Below are positions 17,964-29,210 of a DNA stretch of 32,000 nucleotides, piece by piece. The position numbers and the translations under genes are program-made. The stretch spans positions 4,425,175-4,457,174 of the forward strand of contig NZ_CM001976.1 in NCBI RefSeq assembly GCF_000406145.1. Reading direction: 5' to 3'. The DNA is from Dickeya dadantii NCPPB 898 (GTDB lineage Bacteria > Pseudomonadota > Gammaproteobacteria > Enterobacterales > Enterobacteriaceae). The notes below the pieces were generated by a model, which was given only the letters and a program-made list of their open reading frames with translations, made no database searches and was not told the origin of the DNA. Position 1 is the stretch's first letter. Each line of letters starts with the position of its first letter.

Positions 17964-18914
17964 TTACAGCCAGTTGCGGCGTTTGAAATACAGGTACGGC
18001 GCCAGACCGGCCAGCAGCATCAACAGCATCGCGCCCGGATAGCCGTAGGCCCATTTCAGCTCCGGCATGAATTCGAAGTTCATGCCGTAGCTGGACGCCA
18101 CCAGCGTCGGTGGCAGGAACACCACCGATACCACCGAGAAGATTTTGATGATGCGGTTCTGTTCGATGTTGATAAAACCCATCGCCGCCTGCATCAGGAA
18201 GTTGACCTTCTGGAACAGCGATTCGTTATGCGGCAGCAGAGACTCGATGTCGCGCAGGATCTCGCGCGCCTGCTCCAGTTGGCTGCTCGGCAGACGGGCA
18301 CGGCGCACCAGGAAGTTGAGCGCGCGCTGGGTATCCATCAGACACAGGCGTACTTTCCAGCCGATATCCTCCTGCTCCGCCAGCGTCGATAGCGCGTCGT
18401 CATATTCGTCGCCCTGACGGCCGTCCATGATCACCCGGCTTAAGGATTCCAGATCGCTGTAGATGTTTTCGATTTCGTCCGCCAGCTGTTCAATCTTGGT
18501 TTCGAACAGGTCAAGCAGCAGTTCGTAGGCGTTGCCGTCCACCAGCGTCTGAGCGCGGGCGCGCATGCGGTAGAGGCGGAAGGCCGGCAGTTCGCGCTCG
18601 CGCAGCGTATACAAACGGCCATCGCGGATGGTGAACGCCACCGTGGAGTTGCCGGCGTGGTCGTCCGCGTCTTCATAAAAGAAAAAGGAGTGAATGTGCA
18701 GGCCGTCTTCATCTTCGAAGAAACGGGCCGATGCCTCGATGTCTTCCAGCTCCGGTCGGGTCGCCAGGCTTTGCCCCAGCTGATTCTGCACCAAATCTCG
18801 CTCTTCGACGTCCGGTTCGACCAAATCCACCCATAGCGACGTGGTCAGGTCGTTGCTTTCATCCAGTTCCAGGCGAGTTAAACGGCAGTTATCGAGTTTG
18901 AATGCGCTCAGCAT
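17964..18914 (-). CDS. corA: Magnesium/cobalt transporter CorA
   Basis: ORF trimmed to ATG 18914, giving 316 aa as in E. coli. [16 protein letters not shown]..., the [11 protein letters not shown] signature and the C-terminal YFKRRNWL match. Confidence 0.96.
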   Translation of the reverse strand: MLSAFKLDNCRLTRLELDESNDLTTSLWVDLVEPDVEERDLVQNQLGQSLATRPELEDIEASARFFEDEDGLHIHSFFFYEDADDHAGNSTVAFTIRDGRLYTLRERELPAFRLYRMRARAQTLVDGNAYELLLDLFETKIEQLADEIENIYSDLESLSRVIMDGRQGDEYDDALSTLAEQEDIGWKVRLCLMDTQRALNFLVRRARLPSSQLEQAREILRDIESLLPHNESLFQKVNFLMQAAMGFINIEQNRIIKIFSVVSVVFLPPTLVASSYGMNFEFMPELKWAYGYPGAMLLMLLAGLAPYLYFKRRNWL

Positions 18915-19168
18915 AAGCCATGCTCCCAAAATGTAACAAAGAGGGACAAAACGCGATTGAAACACAGAAACAGGGTGGAAAAGTCACCATCAGGTTTCAG
19001 GCCATGAGACGGTGCTGACTCGATGCGACAAACAATATCGCTGACAACCTCGAAGGCTATCAGCACAGGGAAGATAGCCTTAGAAGTGGTACCTAATCAG
19101 TAGGTTATTGAGCCAGTATCGACTGGGTGTGTCCAAGGCGTGGGTCCTCCGGGCATAATGATGCGCGC

Positions 19169-19198
19169 ATGTTACGCCGAGATGAAAAAGGCTGTCAA
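19169..19198 (-). promoter_or_regulatory. Candidate corA promoter
   Basis: Minus strand: consensus -35 TTGACA (19198..19193), 18-nt spacer, -10 TAACAT (19174..19169). This predicts a leader of about 245 nt before the corA ATG. Confidence 0.5.
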
Positions 19199-19283
19199 CA
19201 GACAAACAGATGATTAGTCTGTGTCCAACCGTAACATCCAGTGAACTCAGACTGAACACCGCCGCCGTCACGGCACAATCACG

Positions 19284-21446
19284 CTATACCGTATCCAGAC
19301 GAGCATACGCGGCCACCAGCCATTTGATGCCCTGACCGGCAAACGCCACCTGGATCCGACAGTGATCGCCGCTGCCTTCCACATTCACAATGGTGCCTTC
19401 GCCGAATTTGGCGTGACGCACCCGTTGCCCCAGCTTATACCCGGTATCGCTCTGGCTGATTGGCGTTCCCAGCCGCTGATGATTAACCGGACGCGAGATG
19501 CTGGCGCGCAGTCGCACCTCTTCCACGCACTCCGGCGGCAGTTCGCCGATAAAACGCGACGGGCGGTGATAGGTTTCCTTACCGTACAGACGGCGGCTTT
19601 CGGCGTAGGTGAGCGTTAGTTTCTGCATAGCGCGCGTCACGCCGACGTAGGCCAGCCGGCGCTCTTCTTCCAGACGGCCCCCTTCATCCAGCGACATCTG
19701 GCTGGGAAACATTCCTTCTTCCATGCCGACGACAAACACCTGCGGGAATTCCAGACCTTTGGCGGAGTGCAGCGTCATCAGTTGCACCGCGTCCTGATAG
19801 GCGTCCGCCTGCCCTTCGCCGGCCTCCAGCGCGGCGTGAGACAAAAACGCCTGCAGCGGCAGCAAGCCCTGATCTTCGTCCTGATAACTGAACTGGCGGG
19901 TCGCCGTCACCAGTTCTTCCAGGTTTTCCACCCGCGCCTGACCCTTCTCGCCTTTTTCCTGCTCGTACATGCTCCACAACCCGGAATCGCGAATCACCCG
20001 GTCGGTCTGCACATGCAGCGGTAAATCGGCGGTATCGCTGGCGAGCGCATCCACCAGTTCCAGAAAACGTTGCAGCGCGGCGGCGGCGCGCCCGGCCAGC
20101 ACTTTTTCCTGCAACAACGCGCGCGTGGACTGCCACAGTGTCAACTGGCGGTCGCGCGCAGTCTGGCGCACCACGTCCAACGTGCGATCGCCGATGCCGC
20201 GCGTCGGCGTGTTGACCACTCGCTCAAAAGCGGCGTCATCGTTACGGTTGGTCATCAGGCGCAGATAAGACAACGCGTCCTTGATTTCCTGACGTTCGAA
20301 GAAGCGCATACCGCCATAAATCCGGTACGGCAGGCTTTGCTGCAACAGCGCCTCTTCCAGCACGCGCGACTGGGCGTTGCTGCGATAAAGAATGGCGCAT
20401 TCGCTGAGCGCCCCGCCCGCTTCCTGCCATACCTTGATGCGGCTGACCACGAACCGCGCCTCGTCCAGTTCGTTAAAGGCGCAATACAACGAAATCGGTT
20501 CGCCCTCGATGCCATCGGTCCACAGGTTTTTGCCCAGTCGGTCACCGTTGTGAGCAATCAGCGCGTTGGCGGCATTGAGGATATTGGCGGTGGAACGGTA
20601 ATTCTGTTCCAGACGGATGGTGGTTACGTCGCTGAAATCCCGCAGGAAGTGTTGGATATTCTCCACCTGTGCGCCGCGCCAGCCGTAGATCGACTGGTCG
20701 TCGTCGCCCACGATCATCACTTTGGCGCTGTCGCCGGCCAGCAGGCGAATCCAGGCGTACTGAATACGGTTGGTATCCTGGAATTCGTCCACCAGAATAT
20801 TGCTAAAACGGTCGCGGTAATGCTGCAGGATATGCGGTTTGTTGAGCCACAGTTCGTGGGCGCGCAGCAGTAATTCGGCGAAATCCACCAGCCCGGCGCG
20901 ATCGCACGCTTCCTGATAAGCCTGATAGATGCGTAGCCAGGTTTGCTCCACCGGGTTGCCGTAGCTGTCGATATGCTGTGGCCGCAGCCCTTCGTCTTTC
21001 TTGCCGTTGATGTACCACATCGCCTGACGGGGCGGCCACTGCTTCTCATCCAGATTCAGCGCCTTGACCAGACGTTTGAGCAGCCGTAACTGATCTTCGC
21101 TGTCCAGAATCTGGAAATCCTGTGGCAAGCCGGCATCCAGATGGTGCGCGCGCAGCAGGCGGTGCGCCAGCCCGTGGAACGTGCCGATCCACATCCCGCC
21201 CTGACTGGTGCCGAGCAGTTGATCGATACGGTGACGCATTTCCGCCGCCGCCTTGTTGGTAAAGGTCACTGCCATGATCGAATAGGGCGAGCAGTTCTCC
21301 ACCGTCAGCAACCAGGCGATGCGATGCACCAGCACGCGGGTTTTACCACTGCCTGCGCCAGCCAGCACCAGCATGTTGCTGCGCGTCGCCGCCACGGCGT
21401 CACGCTGTTTATCATTCAGACTGTCGAGCAGGTCAGATACGTCCAT
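19284..21446 (-). CDS. uvrD: DNA helicase II UvrD
   Basis: 720 aa, the same length as E. coli UvrD. MDVSDLLDSLNDKQRDAVAA...LVLAGAGSGKTRVLVHRIAWL and the C-terminal KWLVAAYARLDTV match. Confidence 0.97.
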   Translation of the reverse strand: MDVSDLLDSLNDKQRDAVAATRSNMLVLAGAGSGKTRVLVHRIAWLLTVENCSPYSIMAVTFTNKAAAEMRHRIDQLLGTSQGGMWIGTFHGLAHRLLRAHHLDAGLPQDFQILDSEDQLRLLKRLVKALNLDEKQWPPRQAMWYINGKKDEGLRPQHIDSYGNPVEQTWLRIYQAYQEACDRAGLVDFAELLLRAHELWLNKPHILQHYRDRFSNILVDEFQDTNRIQYAWIRLLAGDSAKVMIVGDDDQSIYGWRGAQVENIQHFLRDFSDVTTIRLEQNYRSTANILNAANALIAHNGDRLGKNLWTDGIEGEPISLYCAFNELDEARFVVSRIKVWQEAGGALSECAILYRSNAQSRVLEEALLQQSLPYRIYGGMRFFERQEIKDALSYLRLMTNRNDDAAFERVVNTPTRGIGDRTLDVVRQTARDRQLTLWQSTRALLQEKVLAGRAAAALQRFLELVDALASDTADLPLHVQTDRVIRDSGLWSMYEQEKGEKGQARVENLEELVTATRQFSYQDEDQGLLPLQAFLSHAALEAGEGQADAYQDAVQLMTLHSAKGLEFPQVFVVGMEEGMFPSQMSLDEGGRLEEERRLAYVGVTRAMQKLTLTYAESRRLYGKETYHRPSRFIGELPPECVEEVRLRASISRPVNHQRLGTPISQSDTGYKLGQRVRHAKFGEGTIVNVEGSGDHCRIQVAFAGQGIKWLVAAYARLDTV

Positions 21447-21500
21447 AGGCGTCGGTTATCCGTCAAAGGGGAACCCGGCCTCCGGATCGGAGACAAATTC

Positions 21501-21520
21501 CACTGGTTATCTATACAGTA
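21501..21520. promoter_or_regulatory. LexA (SOS) box upstream of uvrD
   Basis: caCTGgttatctataCAGta fits taCTG-N10-CAGta, about 55-75 nt upstream of the uvrD ATG. uvrD is a known SOS gene in E. coli. Confidence 0.75.
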
Positions 21521-21532
21521 AAAATAGCAGAA

Positions 21533-22249
21533 TTATAGCAACGTGGTGAGCGATGCCAAGCTGAAAATTTCTACATGCGGCAGCAGCCGGGAATCGTGAA
21601 TCTGCATCAGGTTGCCGTCACGCAGGTTAATCCAGCAGGATTGTACGCCGCTGCGAATCGCGCCGGCCACGTCGGTGGTCAGATCATCCCCCACATGCAG
21701 CAGGTTGTGCAACGGTAAATTCAGCCGTTCGGCGGCCAGCTGATACATATCATCACAAGGCTTTGAGCGGCCATCCGGGCCGGCACGCAGAATAAACTGA
21801 AAATATTCGCCAAGACCGCAGGCGTGCGGATCGGCATTGCCGTTGGTGATCGCCACCAGCGGCCAACGCTGCCCCAGCGCACGCAATGTGTCGTGGGTTT
21901 CCTGCGGCACGGCGATGCGGCTGCGCCAGCGGGCGAATTCCGCCATTACAGCGTCCGCGCCGGCGGCCGCGTCGTCCGGCGACATCCCCACCCGGCTCAT
22001 CGCCAGATGTACGGAGCGCCAGCGCCAGTGCGTGACGTCGTGATAAATCTCCGGCTCTTGCGCCAGCAACTCCTGCCGCAGCTGACGCAGGCCTTCGCTG
22101 GTGAACGCCCGCAACCCAGGGTGATAGTTCTGCAAAAACCGTAACGACTCCTGCTCCGTTCGCCGGATAACTTCATAGTTATCGTACAGGGTATCGTCCA
22201 AATCGAACGTGATGGCCTCAATCCGACCAAGTGGGCGATAAAAATACAT
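21533..22249 (-). CDS. yigB: HAD-family 5-amino-6-(5-phospho-D-ribitylamino)uracil phosphatase YigB
   Basis: 238 aa, as in E. coli. [24 protein letters not shown]...[11 protein letters not shown]...[11 protein letters not shown] matches YigB. Confidence 0.93.
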   Translation of the reverse strand: MYFYRPLGRIEAITFDLDDTLYDNYEVIRRTEQESLRFLQNYHPGLRAFTSEGLRQLRQELLAQEPEIYHDVTHWRWRSVHLAMSRVGMSPDDAAAGADAVMAEFARWRSRIAVPQETHDTLRALGQRWPLVAITNGNADPHACGLGEYFQFILRAGPDGRSKPCDDMYQLAAERLNLPLHNLLHVGDDLTTDVAGAIRSGVQSCWINLRDGNLMQIHDSRLLPHVEIFSLASLTTLL

Positions 22250-23157
22250 CAGGATTTACCTCGTCTGGCGCGTGGGTGCGCGGCATCGTACACCGATGCC
22301 AGATGTTGAAAGTCCAGATGGGTATAGATCTGGGTGGTGGAGAGGTTAGCATGACCCAGTAGTTCCTGCACGGCGCGCAGGTCGCCGCTGGACTCCAGCA
22401 TGTGGGTGGCAAACGAGTGCCGCAGCTTGTGCGGGTGAACATGGCTGTTCACGCCCTGCTTGACGCCCCATTCGGCAAAGCGCTTTTGTACGTTGCGCAT
22501 GGAAATACGCTTACCGAGGCTAGAGATAAAGATCGCGTCGTCTTCCGGCGCGTAAATATCCCGTATCGCCAGCCAGTTACGCAGCCAGGTGACGGCGGTC
22601 GCGCCGATCGGCAGTTTGCGCTCTTTACTGCCTTTCCCCATCACCCAGACTTCGCCGCTGTCCAGATCGACGTGACCACAGTCCAGCCCGACCAGTTCCG
22701 CCAGACGCAACCCAGCGCCGTACATCACTTCCAGCATGGCGCGATCGCGCACCGCCAGCGGATCGCTGAGATCGATCTCCAACAGGCGGCTCATTTCATC
22801 CACATCCATGTTTTTGGGCAGATGCCGACCCGCTTTCGGCGCCGGCACACTGCGTGCAGGATTAGCATTGAGTTCACCGCGACCAACCAGCCAGTCAAGA
22901 AAGCTGCGCAATGCCGACAAACGCTGCGCCAGACTGGCGGCGTTCAGCCCATCGCGCTTGCCGCGCGCCACCACCGCTCGCACGCCGGCGGCATCCAGCG
23001 CTTGCCAGTCGGCAATGCCGGACGCCGACAACAGGTCGATAATTACCTGTAACTGATGGGCATAGCTGCTTTGCGTCAGCGGACTCAGTTGCCGCTCAAC
23101 CCGCAGATAACGCAGAAAGGCTTCGGCTGGCGCCGTTAGGGGGGAATCGGGGTTCAT
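22249..23157 (-). CDS. xerC: Tyrosine recombinase XerC
   Basis: 302 aa. [19 protein letters not shown] at the N-terminus and the catalytic region [40 protein letters not shown] are present. Conserved dapF-yigA-xerC-yigB context. Confidence 0.95.
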   Translation of the reverse strand: MNPDSPLTAPAEAFLRYLRVERQLSPLTQSSYAHQLQVIIDLLSASGIADWQALDAAGVRAVVARGKRDGLNAASLAQRLSALRSFLDWLVGRGELNANPARSVPAPKAGRHLPKNMDVDEMSRLLEIDLSDPLAVRDRAMLEVMYGAGLRLAELVGLDCGHVDLDSGEVWVMGKGSKERKLPIGATAVTWLRNWLAIRDIYAPEDDAIFISSLGKRISMRNVQKRFAEWGVKQGVNSHVHPHKLRHSFATHMLESSGDLRAVQELLGHANLSTTQIYTHLDFQHLASVYDAAHPRARRGKS

Positions 23158-23855
23158 AAGCGTTCAATCCATCGCTCCAGCAATACCGGGATAATCGTCG
23201 CCAGATGTTGCAGCAGATCGGTGCCCATGCCGTCCTGATAGTGGTGGCTGTCGCGGCTGCTGAAAATCAACAATCCCAGATCGCCGTTTTTTCCCATCAG
23301 CGACAGCGCCACCGAGCCGACCTGGCGCGCCTGCGGCAACAGCAGCAACAGTTCGGGGCCGTTCAGCGTACCAAGATAATGATGCCGCTCGCCCAGCCGC
23401 TGGATACGCAGCGGTTCAAACATCGTACGGTTAAGCGCCAGATGGGTAAAATCGGAAGGCGCGCCGATGCGCCAGCGATCGGCAAACAGGCGGATAGCCG
23501 CACCCGACAGCCCCAGTTTGCGTGCCCAGCGGTGCAGCCGGTCGAGCAGCTCCTGTAACGACACGGCGGTAGAGAGCGTCATCTGCAATTGCAACAACTG
23601 GCTGAACAGTTCCTCATTGCGGGTAGCCTGTTCCGTCAGCAAGGCGATCTCTTCTTCCAGATACTGAATGCGGTTGCGCTGGCGGGCGAGCTGCCACTCC
23701 ACCAACGACACGCTGCCACGCACCGGATGCGGAATACGCATGGTCTCAGTCTGGTGGGAATGACGAATGAAAAAGTCAGGATGCTGGCGCAGGTACTGCA
23801 ACACCAGATCGTCAGTCAACTCCTGACGTTCAGCCTGCTCTTCCATGTTCTTCAT
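23154..23855 (-). CDS. yigA: DUF484-family protein YigA
   Basis: 233 aa, sitting between dapF and xerC with 4-nt overlaps at both ends, as in E. coli. The N-terminus contains [12 protein letters not shown]. Confidence 0.85.
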   Translation of the reverse strand: MKNMEEQAERQELTDDLVLQYLRQHPDFFIRHSHQTETMRIPHPVRGSVSLVEWQLARQRNRIQYLEEEIALLTEQATRNEELFSQLLQLQMTLSTAVSLQELLDRLHRWARKLGLSGAAIRLFADRWRIGAPSDFTHLALNRTMFEPLRIQRLGERHHYLGTLNGPELLLLLPQARQVGSVALSLMGKNGDLGLLIFSSRDSHHYQDGMGTDLLQHLATIIPVLLERWIERL

Positions 23856-24676
23856 AGATGCATAAACCCATCATAAACATGCGTAGCCGGGCCGGTCATA
23901 AACAGCGGGTGACCGGGGCCGTCCCAGTGAATCTCAAGTTCGCCGCCCGGCAGTTGCACTTTGACATCCGCCGCCAGCAGCCCCTGCTGAATCCCCACCG
24001 CCACCGCGCCGCAGGCGCCGCTGCCGCAGGCCTGAGTTTCGCCCGCGCCGCGCTCGAACACGCGCAACCGGATCAGGCCGGAGTTAACCACCTGCATAAA
24101 ACCGACGTTGGCGCGTTCCGGAAAACGTTCGTGGCTTTCCAGCAACGGCCCGAGCGTCTCTACCGGCGCAGTATCCACATTGTCCACCTGAATCACACAA
24201 TGCGGGTTGCCCATCGACACCGCACCGCACAGCACCGTGTGCTCGGCGGCGCGCATAATATAGGTTTTTTCCGGCTTGGCGGCGCGGAACGGTACCTGCT
24301 GCGGTTCGAAGTTGGGTTCGCCCATGTTCACCCGCACCAGCTCGTCTTCCGTCACCGACAACACCATGCGGCCGTTATGCGTACTGACATTAATATCGCG
24401 CTTGTTGGTCAACCCTTTCAGGCGTACGAAACGGGCAAAGCAGCGAGCGCCGTTGCCACACTGCGCCACTTCACTGCCGTCCGCATTGAAAATTCGGTAA
24501 TGAAAATCCAGTTCGGGATCGTAGGGCGGCTCAACGATTAATAACTGATCGAACCCCACCCCGCAATGCCGGTCCGACAGGCGACGGATCAGCTCCGGTG
24601 AAAAGTAGACATTCTGCGTCACGGCATCGACAACCATGAAATCATTGCCCAGACCGTGCATTTTCGAGAACTGCAT
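23852..24676 (-). CDS. dapF: Diaminopimelate epimerase
   Basis: 274 aa. [33 protein letters not shown] is near-identical to E. coli DapF. The catalytic-Cys motifs CGNGARC and CGSGAC are present. Confidence 0.97.
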   Translation of the reverse strand: MQFSKMHGLGNDFMVVDAVTQNVYFSPELIRRLSDRHCGVGFDQLLIVEPPYDPELDFHYRIFNADGSEVAQCGNGARCFARFVRLKGLTNKRDINVSTHNGRMVLSVTEDELVRVNMGEPNFEPQQVPFRAAKPEKTYIMRAAEHTVLCGAVSMGNPHCVIQVDNVDTAPVETLGPLLESHERFPERANVGFMQVVNSGLIRLRVFERGAGETQACGSGACGAVAVGIQQGLLAADVKVQLPGGELEIHWDGPGHPLFMTGPATHVYDGFMHL

Positions 24677-24764
24677 TTCCTGACCCCGCTGCGTTAAACG
24701 GGTGCGGCAGAGACCCTGTCGCGACCCGCGAGACTACCCTCAATCACCCTGCGTACCACGGCGG

Positions 24765-24929
24765 CTACTGCCGGGCGGACGATGCTTGCGGAGCCTGGGT
24801 ATTTTGCTGCTGCGTTTTTTTAGCCGGAGCCGGTTGCTCTGGCGGAAAATAAAGCGGGCCTTTCAAACCACAACCAGCCAGTGACAACACCAACAATGCC
24901 AGCGCGCCCTGACGAAAAAGAGTTTTCAT
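24765..24929 (-). CDS. lptM: Small lipoprotein LptM (YifL)
   Basis: ORF trimmed to MKTLFRQGALALLVLSLAGCGLKGPLYFPP. The lipobox LAGC and GLKGPLYFPP are identical to E. coli YifL. It lies upstream of dapF. Confidence 0.88.
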   Translation of the reverse strand: MKTLFRQGALALLVLSLAGCGLKGPLYFPPEQPAPAKKTQQQNTQAPQASSARQ

Positions 24930-25006
24930 TTCGTTAAAACCTGTCATTCAGATACCTATGCTCTCTATAATCGCAGGTGGATCATGAAAATCAATAGGAA
25001 TCGAAT

Positions 25007-25327
25007 ATGAACGATAGCGAGTTTCATCAATTGGCCGACACGCTGATGCTAAAGGTGGAGGAAACGCTGGATCAATTTGATGGCGATGCGGATATCGATT
25101 ACGAAACTAACGGCGGCGTGATGACGCTGAGTTTTGAGAACGGCAGCAAAATCGTGATTAACCGGCAGGAACCGATGCATCAGGTGTGGCTGGCGACCAA
25201 AGGCGGCGGCTATCACTTCGACTATCAGCATGGCCGCTGGATTTGCGACCGCAGCGGCAGCGATTTCATGGCGCTGCTGGCGCAAGCCTGCACGGAACAG
25301 AGCGGCGAAGAGATTCATTTCGACTAA
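25007..25327 (+). CDS. cyaY: Frataxin homologue CyaY
   Basis: 106 aa. [11 protein letters not shown]...[24 protein letters not shown] matches E. coli CyaY. Confidence 0.95.
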   Translation: MNDSEFHQLADTLMLKVEETLDQFDGDADIDYETNGGVMTLSFENGSKIVINRQEPMHQVWLATKGGGYHFDYQHGRWICDRSGSDFMALLAQACTEQSGEEIHFD

Positions 25328-25331
25328 AGCA

Positions 25332-25355
25332 AATTGGGGCACACTCGCCCCAATT
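25332..25355. terminator. Shared stem-loop between convergent cyaY and cyaA
   Basis: 9-bp stem aattggggc/gccccaatt with a 6-nt loop, between the two stop codons (25327 and 25385). Neither strand has a strong T-tract, so function as an intrinsic terminator is tentative. Confidence 0.45.
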
Positions 25356-25384
25356 GCCATTCACCCCGGATTTCCCGCTCTGAA

Positions 25385-27943
25385 TCAGAGCATCTGCAAG
25401 CGCTGGCTCAGCACCAGATTCTTTTTGTCTTCAGACGATGGCGTGACGCACAGATGAGACAGCGCGCTGCTGCGGAACGGGATCACCTGCGTGCGGCCGT
25501 CCAACTGCACAATCTGATAGAACTGCGGCAGATTGAAATTGATGAAGCTGGAGCCGTAGGTAAAGCGATCGTGCGATGAGGAGTAGAAACGGCTGACATC
25601 GCGCACCAGCTCTTCCTTACTGCCTTCGCAATGATGATAGACTTCCACCCGGTTCGACTCATCCAGAATATAGATATTGAACCCCTGATTATCATGTTGA
25701 TCTTCAAAGAAGAACTGGATAATCCCTTCGCTGGCGACACCATCCACCACCGGCGGCAGATGGATGTGATTGGTTTCCACCTGAACCGGCAGCCCTTGCA
25801 ATTTGTTGTTGGAAATCGCGCCGTAGAACTCCACCGCATTTTCCAGTTTCTGGGCCGACACGCTCAGGCGTTCGAAGAATAATCCCCAGGTCTCGCCCGC
25901 GACTTTCACCGCTTTGAAGCGACCGGGCTCCTGACGGGTGCTGGACAGACGCAGTTCAATACATTCGGACACCAGTTGCTGCACCCGAGTCCGAATCAGC
26001 CCGCGCAAATGCTGGCTGTAACAGAACACTTCCAGCGACTCCGGCAGCGCGGCGTCCTGATGCATTTTGCCAAGAATGGTTTTCAGCGCTTCCAGCATCG
26101 CCTGCTCGCCGCTGAAATGCAGGGTGCGCACTTCATTCCAGGAATTGCGGTACAACAAATCGATACTGCCGACCAGACACTGCTGCTGCTGACCAAAGCT
26201 AAAGACGTCCAACTGACGGAAATCAAAATGCACCACCTGATTGCGGAACGCCGCCGTCGGGTCATGCTCCAGGTTGACGATGATCGCCAGATGACGGATT
26301 TCGCACGGGCTGTACAGCGCTTTCGGGGTGGGAGCCGCCACACGCAGCGGGAAGTGGCTGGACACATCCGATACCAGTTCCTGCAGCCGGGCGATATCGC
26401 ACAGTTCGTGCCCTTTGATATGCAAACGGGTGGATGACGTCAGCAGGCCGTTGAAATACGCCCAGGCCACCAGTTTGTTGAGATAGCGGTTATATTCCAG
26501 CGGCTGATGGCTGATGATGGCGTCCATCGACGGCGCCTGATTGTACAGGTACCAGCCGGAACGGTTGGCGCGCCCCGCCGGAACGTAGATAAAGGTCAGA
26601 TTCGTTTCCGACAGGTCGGGCGAAATCTGCGGGTTCACCAGCGTCACCTTGCCCGGCAACGCCTCGAAAGCGGCATACAGCTTGCGGGTCAGCACCCCGA
26701 TATCCTGCGGGCTGGCGCTGACGCTCAAATTATTGCGGCGGGCGAAACGAATCAGGTTGCGATAGCTCTGCATCATCGCATCCAGCAGTTCGTTGTGTGC
26801 TTCGCGCACCTGCCCGATTTTCCAGTTGGCGCGGTTATCCAGCATTACCAACCGCTCGTCGCTCCATCCCCATGCCTGCACCATTTGCGTCAGGATCTGG
26901 CGGCGCCAGGCGGTGCAGGCGCGCTCGCGGGAAAGCTTCTCGCACACTTTGAGGTAGAAACAGCGACGCACCAGATCCAGCCGGGTCTGGTCATTGATCG
27001 CGTCCAGATACTGGGTCACGCGCTCCAGCATCATGCAGTAGGGATCCAGCCCGAAGGAAACGATCTCGCCTTTATGCAGGCGTGCTTTGATCTCGCTCGA
27101 CAACAGGCGGGTATTGGGGTATTCCCAGGAGTAGGCTTCCAGCAGCAGGGTTTTCAGCACCGCCTTGTAGGGCGAGTCGATACTTTTATACAACTGCCAC
27201 AGGCTGGCGCCAAAGTACTCTTCCGCCGACAGCGCGCTCAGCCCGCCCAAATCCAGCCATTCGTTCGGCGCCAACGCGCCGCGGGCATACAGGGAAAGCA
27301 CGAATTCATCATAGTGGGCTTCCTCTTCCACCGGCACCATGTTCCACAGAATGCGCTTGCCCGCCATGCGTACCGCGGTACGGTAAAATTCGTCCAGCAA
27401 CAGGATATGCTGGGTGGAGCCGCAATCCTCGCCGCCGAGGCTGCCGCTCTCGTTATGGCGGAAGCGGTTTTCATCCATCAGGAAGAAACTGACGTCTACG
27501 CCTTGCCCGGCTGCCCATTTTTCCAGCAGCGAGCACTTCTGCTGCAGCCGCTGACGCTCTTCGTTATCCAACCATGATTGGTGGCAGACCCAGATGTCGA
27601 GATCGGAACTGCAGCTCTGCCCGATGGACGAGGTGCTGCCCATGGAATAGACGCCGGTGATCGGCAGTTCGCCCTTGCGATCCGGCGCAGACAGCTCACC
27701 CCAGCGCAACTCCACGCTGTCGAGATAGTGCTGTTGTTTTTCATCGGGGGAGAAAAGACAAATGCCGTGCGGAACCTTGCCTTCCAGATAGCCAGGCATC
27801 AGCGGGTGATGATGATGTAATAAAACTGGCAAAAGACTGTAAACCTGCTGAAAAGCGGGTTTCATTGCTTCCAGAGCACGATCCACACGCAGTTGGTTGA
27901 TCGCATCCAGTCTTTGCTTCAGTGTCTCGATGTAGAAGTACAA
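25385..27943 (-). CDS. cyaA: Class I adenylate cyclase
   Basis: The protein matches E. coli CyaA throughout ([21 protein letters not shown]..., [20 protein letters not shown]). E. coli cyaA is known to start at a TTG encoding LYLYIETLKQ. The equivalent TTG here (TTG TAC TTC TAC ATC GAG) is at 27943. The track ORF start at 27994 is another in-frame TTG that I consider less likely. Confidence 0.9.
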   Translation of the reverse strand: MYFYIETLKQRLDAINQLRVDRALEAMKPAFQQVYSLLPVLLHHHHPLMPGYLEGKVPHGICLFSPDEKQQHYLDSVELRWGELSAPDRKGELPITGVYSMGSTSSIGQSCSSDLDIWVCHQSWLDNEERQRLQQKCSLLEKWAAGQGVDVSFFLMDENRFRHNESGSLGGEDCGSTQHILLLDEFYRTAVRMAGKRILWNMVPVEEEAHYDEFVLSLYARGALAPNEWLDLGGLSALSAEEYFGASLWQLYKSIDSPYKAVLKTLLLEAYSWEYPNTRLLSSEIKARLHKGEIVSFGLDPYCMMLERVTQYLDAINDQTRLDLVRRCFYLKVCEKLSRERACTAWRRQILTQMVQAWGWSDERLVMLDNRANWKIGQVREAHNELLDAMMQSYRNLIRFARRNNLSVSASPQDIGVLTRKLYAAFEALPGKVTLVNPQISPDLSETNLTFIYVPAGRANRSGWYLYNQAPSMDAIISHQPLEYNRYLNKLVAWAYFNGLLTSSTRLHIKGHELCDIARLQELVSDVSSHFPLRVAAPTPKALYSPCEIRHLAIIVNLEHDPTAAFRNQVVHFDFRQLDVFSFGQQQQCLVGSIDLLYRNSWNEVRTLHFSGEQAMLEALKTILGKMHQDAALPESLEVFCYSQHLRGLIRTRVQQLVSECIELRLSSTRQEPGRFKAVKVAGETWGLFFERLSVSAQKLENAVEFYGAISNNKLQGLPVQVETNHIHLPPVVDGVASEGIIQFFFEDQHDNQGFNIYILDESNRVEVYHHCEGSKEELVRDVSRFYSSSHDRFTYGSSFINFNLPQFYQIVQLDGRTQVIPFRSSALSHLCVTPSSEDKKNLVLSQRLQML

Positions 27944-28268
27944 GACGTTTCGCCTGCTTATCCCAGTGCCTATAAAGAAGCCGTTGTTTCCCAACCTGCC
28001 CAGAATAGATATTGGAAGAATGACGGGCAGATTATTGCTGGAAACGTGATCAATTTAACACCTTGCTGAAAGGGCGTAAAGAAACTAAAGAAAGTCGGAT
28101 TTGTTTATTGATGCTTCAGCGTTGAACATATTATCGCCACTTTTGCCGCTCCCGGCTATCCCCCGCCGGGGTTTTGTCGTTCCCTTCCCTCATCACGACG
28201 GCCGGGCAACTGACACCGGCTCGCCTTCAATGGTACGATGGAAAGAAAGGATCAAAACGGTATCAAGC

Positions 28269-29210
28269 ATGGTAGACACTATTCTAAGAATTGCGACCCG
28301 ACAAAGCCCGCTTGCGCTGTGGCAGGCCCATTTTGTTCAGCAGCGGCTGGAAGCCTGCCACCCCGGTTTACGGGTGGAACTGGTACCGATGGTCACCCGC
28401 GGCGACGTGCTGCTGGATACGCCGCTGGCCAAAGTGGGCGGCAAAGGATTGTTTGTCAAAGAACTGGAACTGGCGCTGTTGGAAAACCGTGCCGATATCG
28501 CGGTGCATTCAATGAAGGATGTGCCGGTCGAATTCCCCGAGGGTCTGGGATTGGTCACCATCTGCGAACGTGACGACCCGCGCGATGCTTTTGTTTCCAA
28601 CCATTACGATTCACTGGACGATCTGCCTGTCGGCGCCTGCGTCGGCACCTCCAGCCTGCGTCGCCAGTGCCAGTTACGCGCCCACCGTCCGGACCTGACG
28701 GTCCGCGATCTGCGCGGCAACGTCGGCACCCGTCTGTCCAAACTGGATAACGGCGACTACGACGCCATCATTCTGGCGGTCGCCGGGCTAAAACGCCTGG
28801 GTCTGGAAGACCGTATCCGTACCGCGCTCAGTCCGGAACAATCGCTGCCGGCGGTCGGCCAGGGCGCCGTCGGCGTGGAGTGCCGGCTGGACGACGCCCG
28901 AACTCGCGCGCTGCTGGCGCCGCTTAACCATGATGATACCGCGACGCGCGTACTGGCCGAGCGCGCCATGAATACCCGGCTGGAAGGCGGTTGTCAGGTT
29001 CCTATCGGCAGCTACGCCGAACTGCAGGACGGCGATACGCTGTGGCTGCGGGCGCTGGTGGGCGCGCCGGACGGCAGCCGCATTATTTACGCGGAACGCC
29101 GTGGTCTGCGTCAGGATGCGGAGCAGCTCGGCATCGCCCTGGCGGACGAACTGCTCGAACGCGGCGCCCGCGATATTCTGCAATCCGTTTACGGAGAAGC
29201 CTCGTCATGA
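28269..29210 (+). CDS. hemC: Porphobilinogen deaminase (hydroxymethylbilane synthase)
   Basis: ORF 28101..29210 trimmed to ATG 28269, giving 313 aa as in E. coli. [23 protein letters not shown] parallels [23 protein letters not shown]. Confidence 0.94.
   Translation: MVDTILRIATRQSPLALWQAHFVQQRLEACHPGLRVELVPMVTRGDVLLDTPLAKVGGKGLFVKELELALLENRADIAVHSMKDVPVEFPEGLGLVTICERDDPRDAFVSNHYDSLDDLPVGACVGTSSLRRQCQLRAHRPDLTVRDLRGNVGTRLSKLDNGDYDAIILAVAGLKRLGLEDRIRTALSPEQSLPAVGQGAVGVECRLDDARTRALLAPLNHDDTATRVLAERAMNTRLEGGCQVPIGSYAELQDGDTLWLRALVGAPDGSRIIYAERRGLRQDAEQLGIALADELLERGARDILQSVYGEASS

Noticed and set aside
28101-28268. Upstream extension of the hemC ORF, with comparable extensions of yigL (8313..8483), rarD (15697..15849), corA (18915..18965), pldA (15055..15078), rhtB (9435..9470), cyaA (27944..27994) and hemD (28991..29206)
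   Set aside because: The ORF track takes the most upstream ATG, GTG or TTG. Alignment to the remembered E. coli N-termini places the true starts downstream, and the hemD extension is simply an alternative frame inside hemC.
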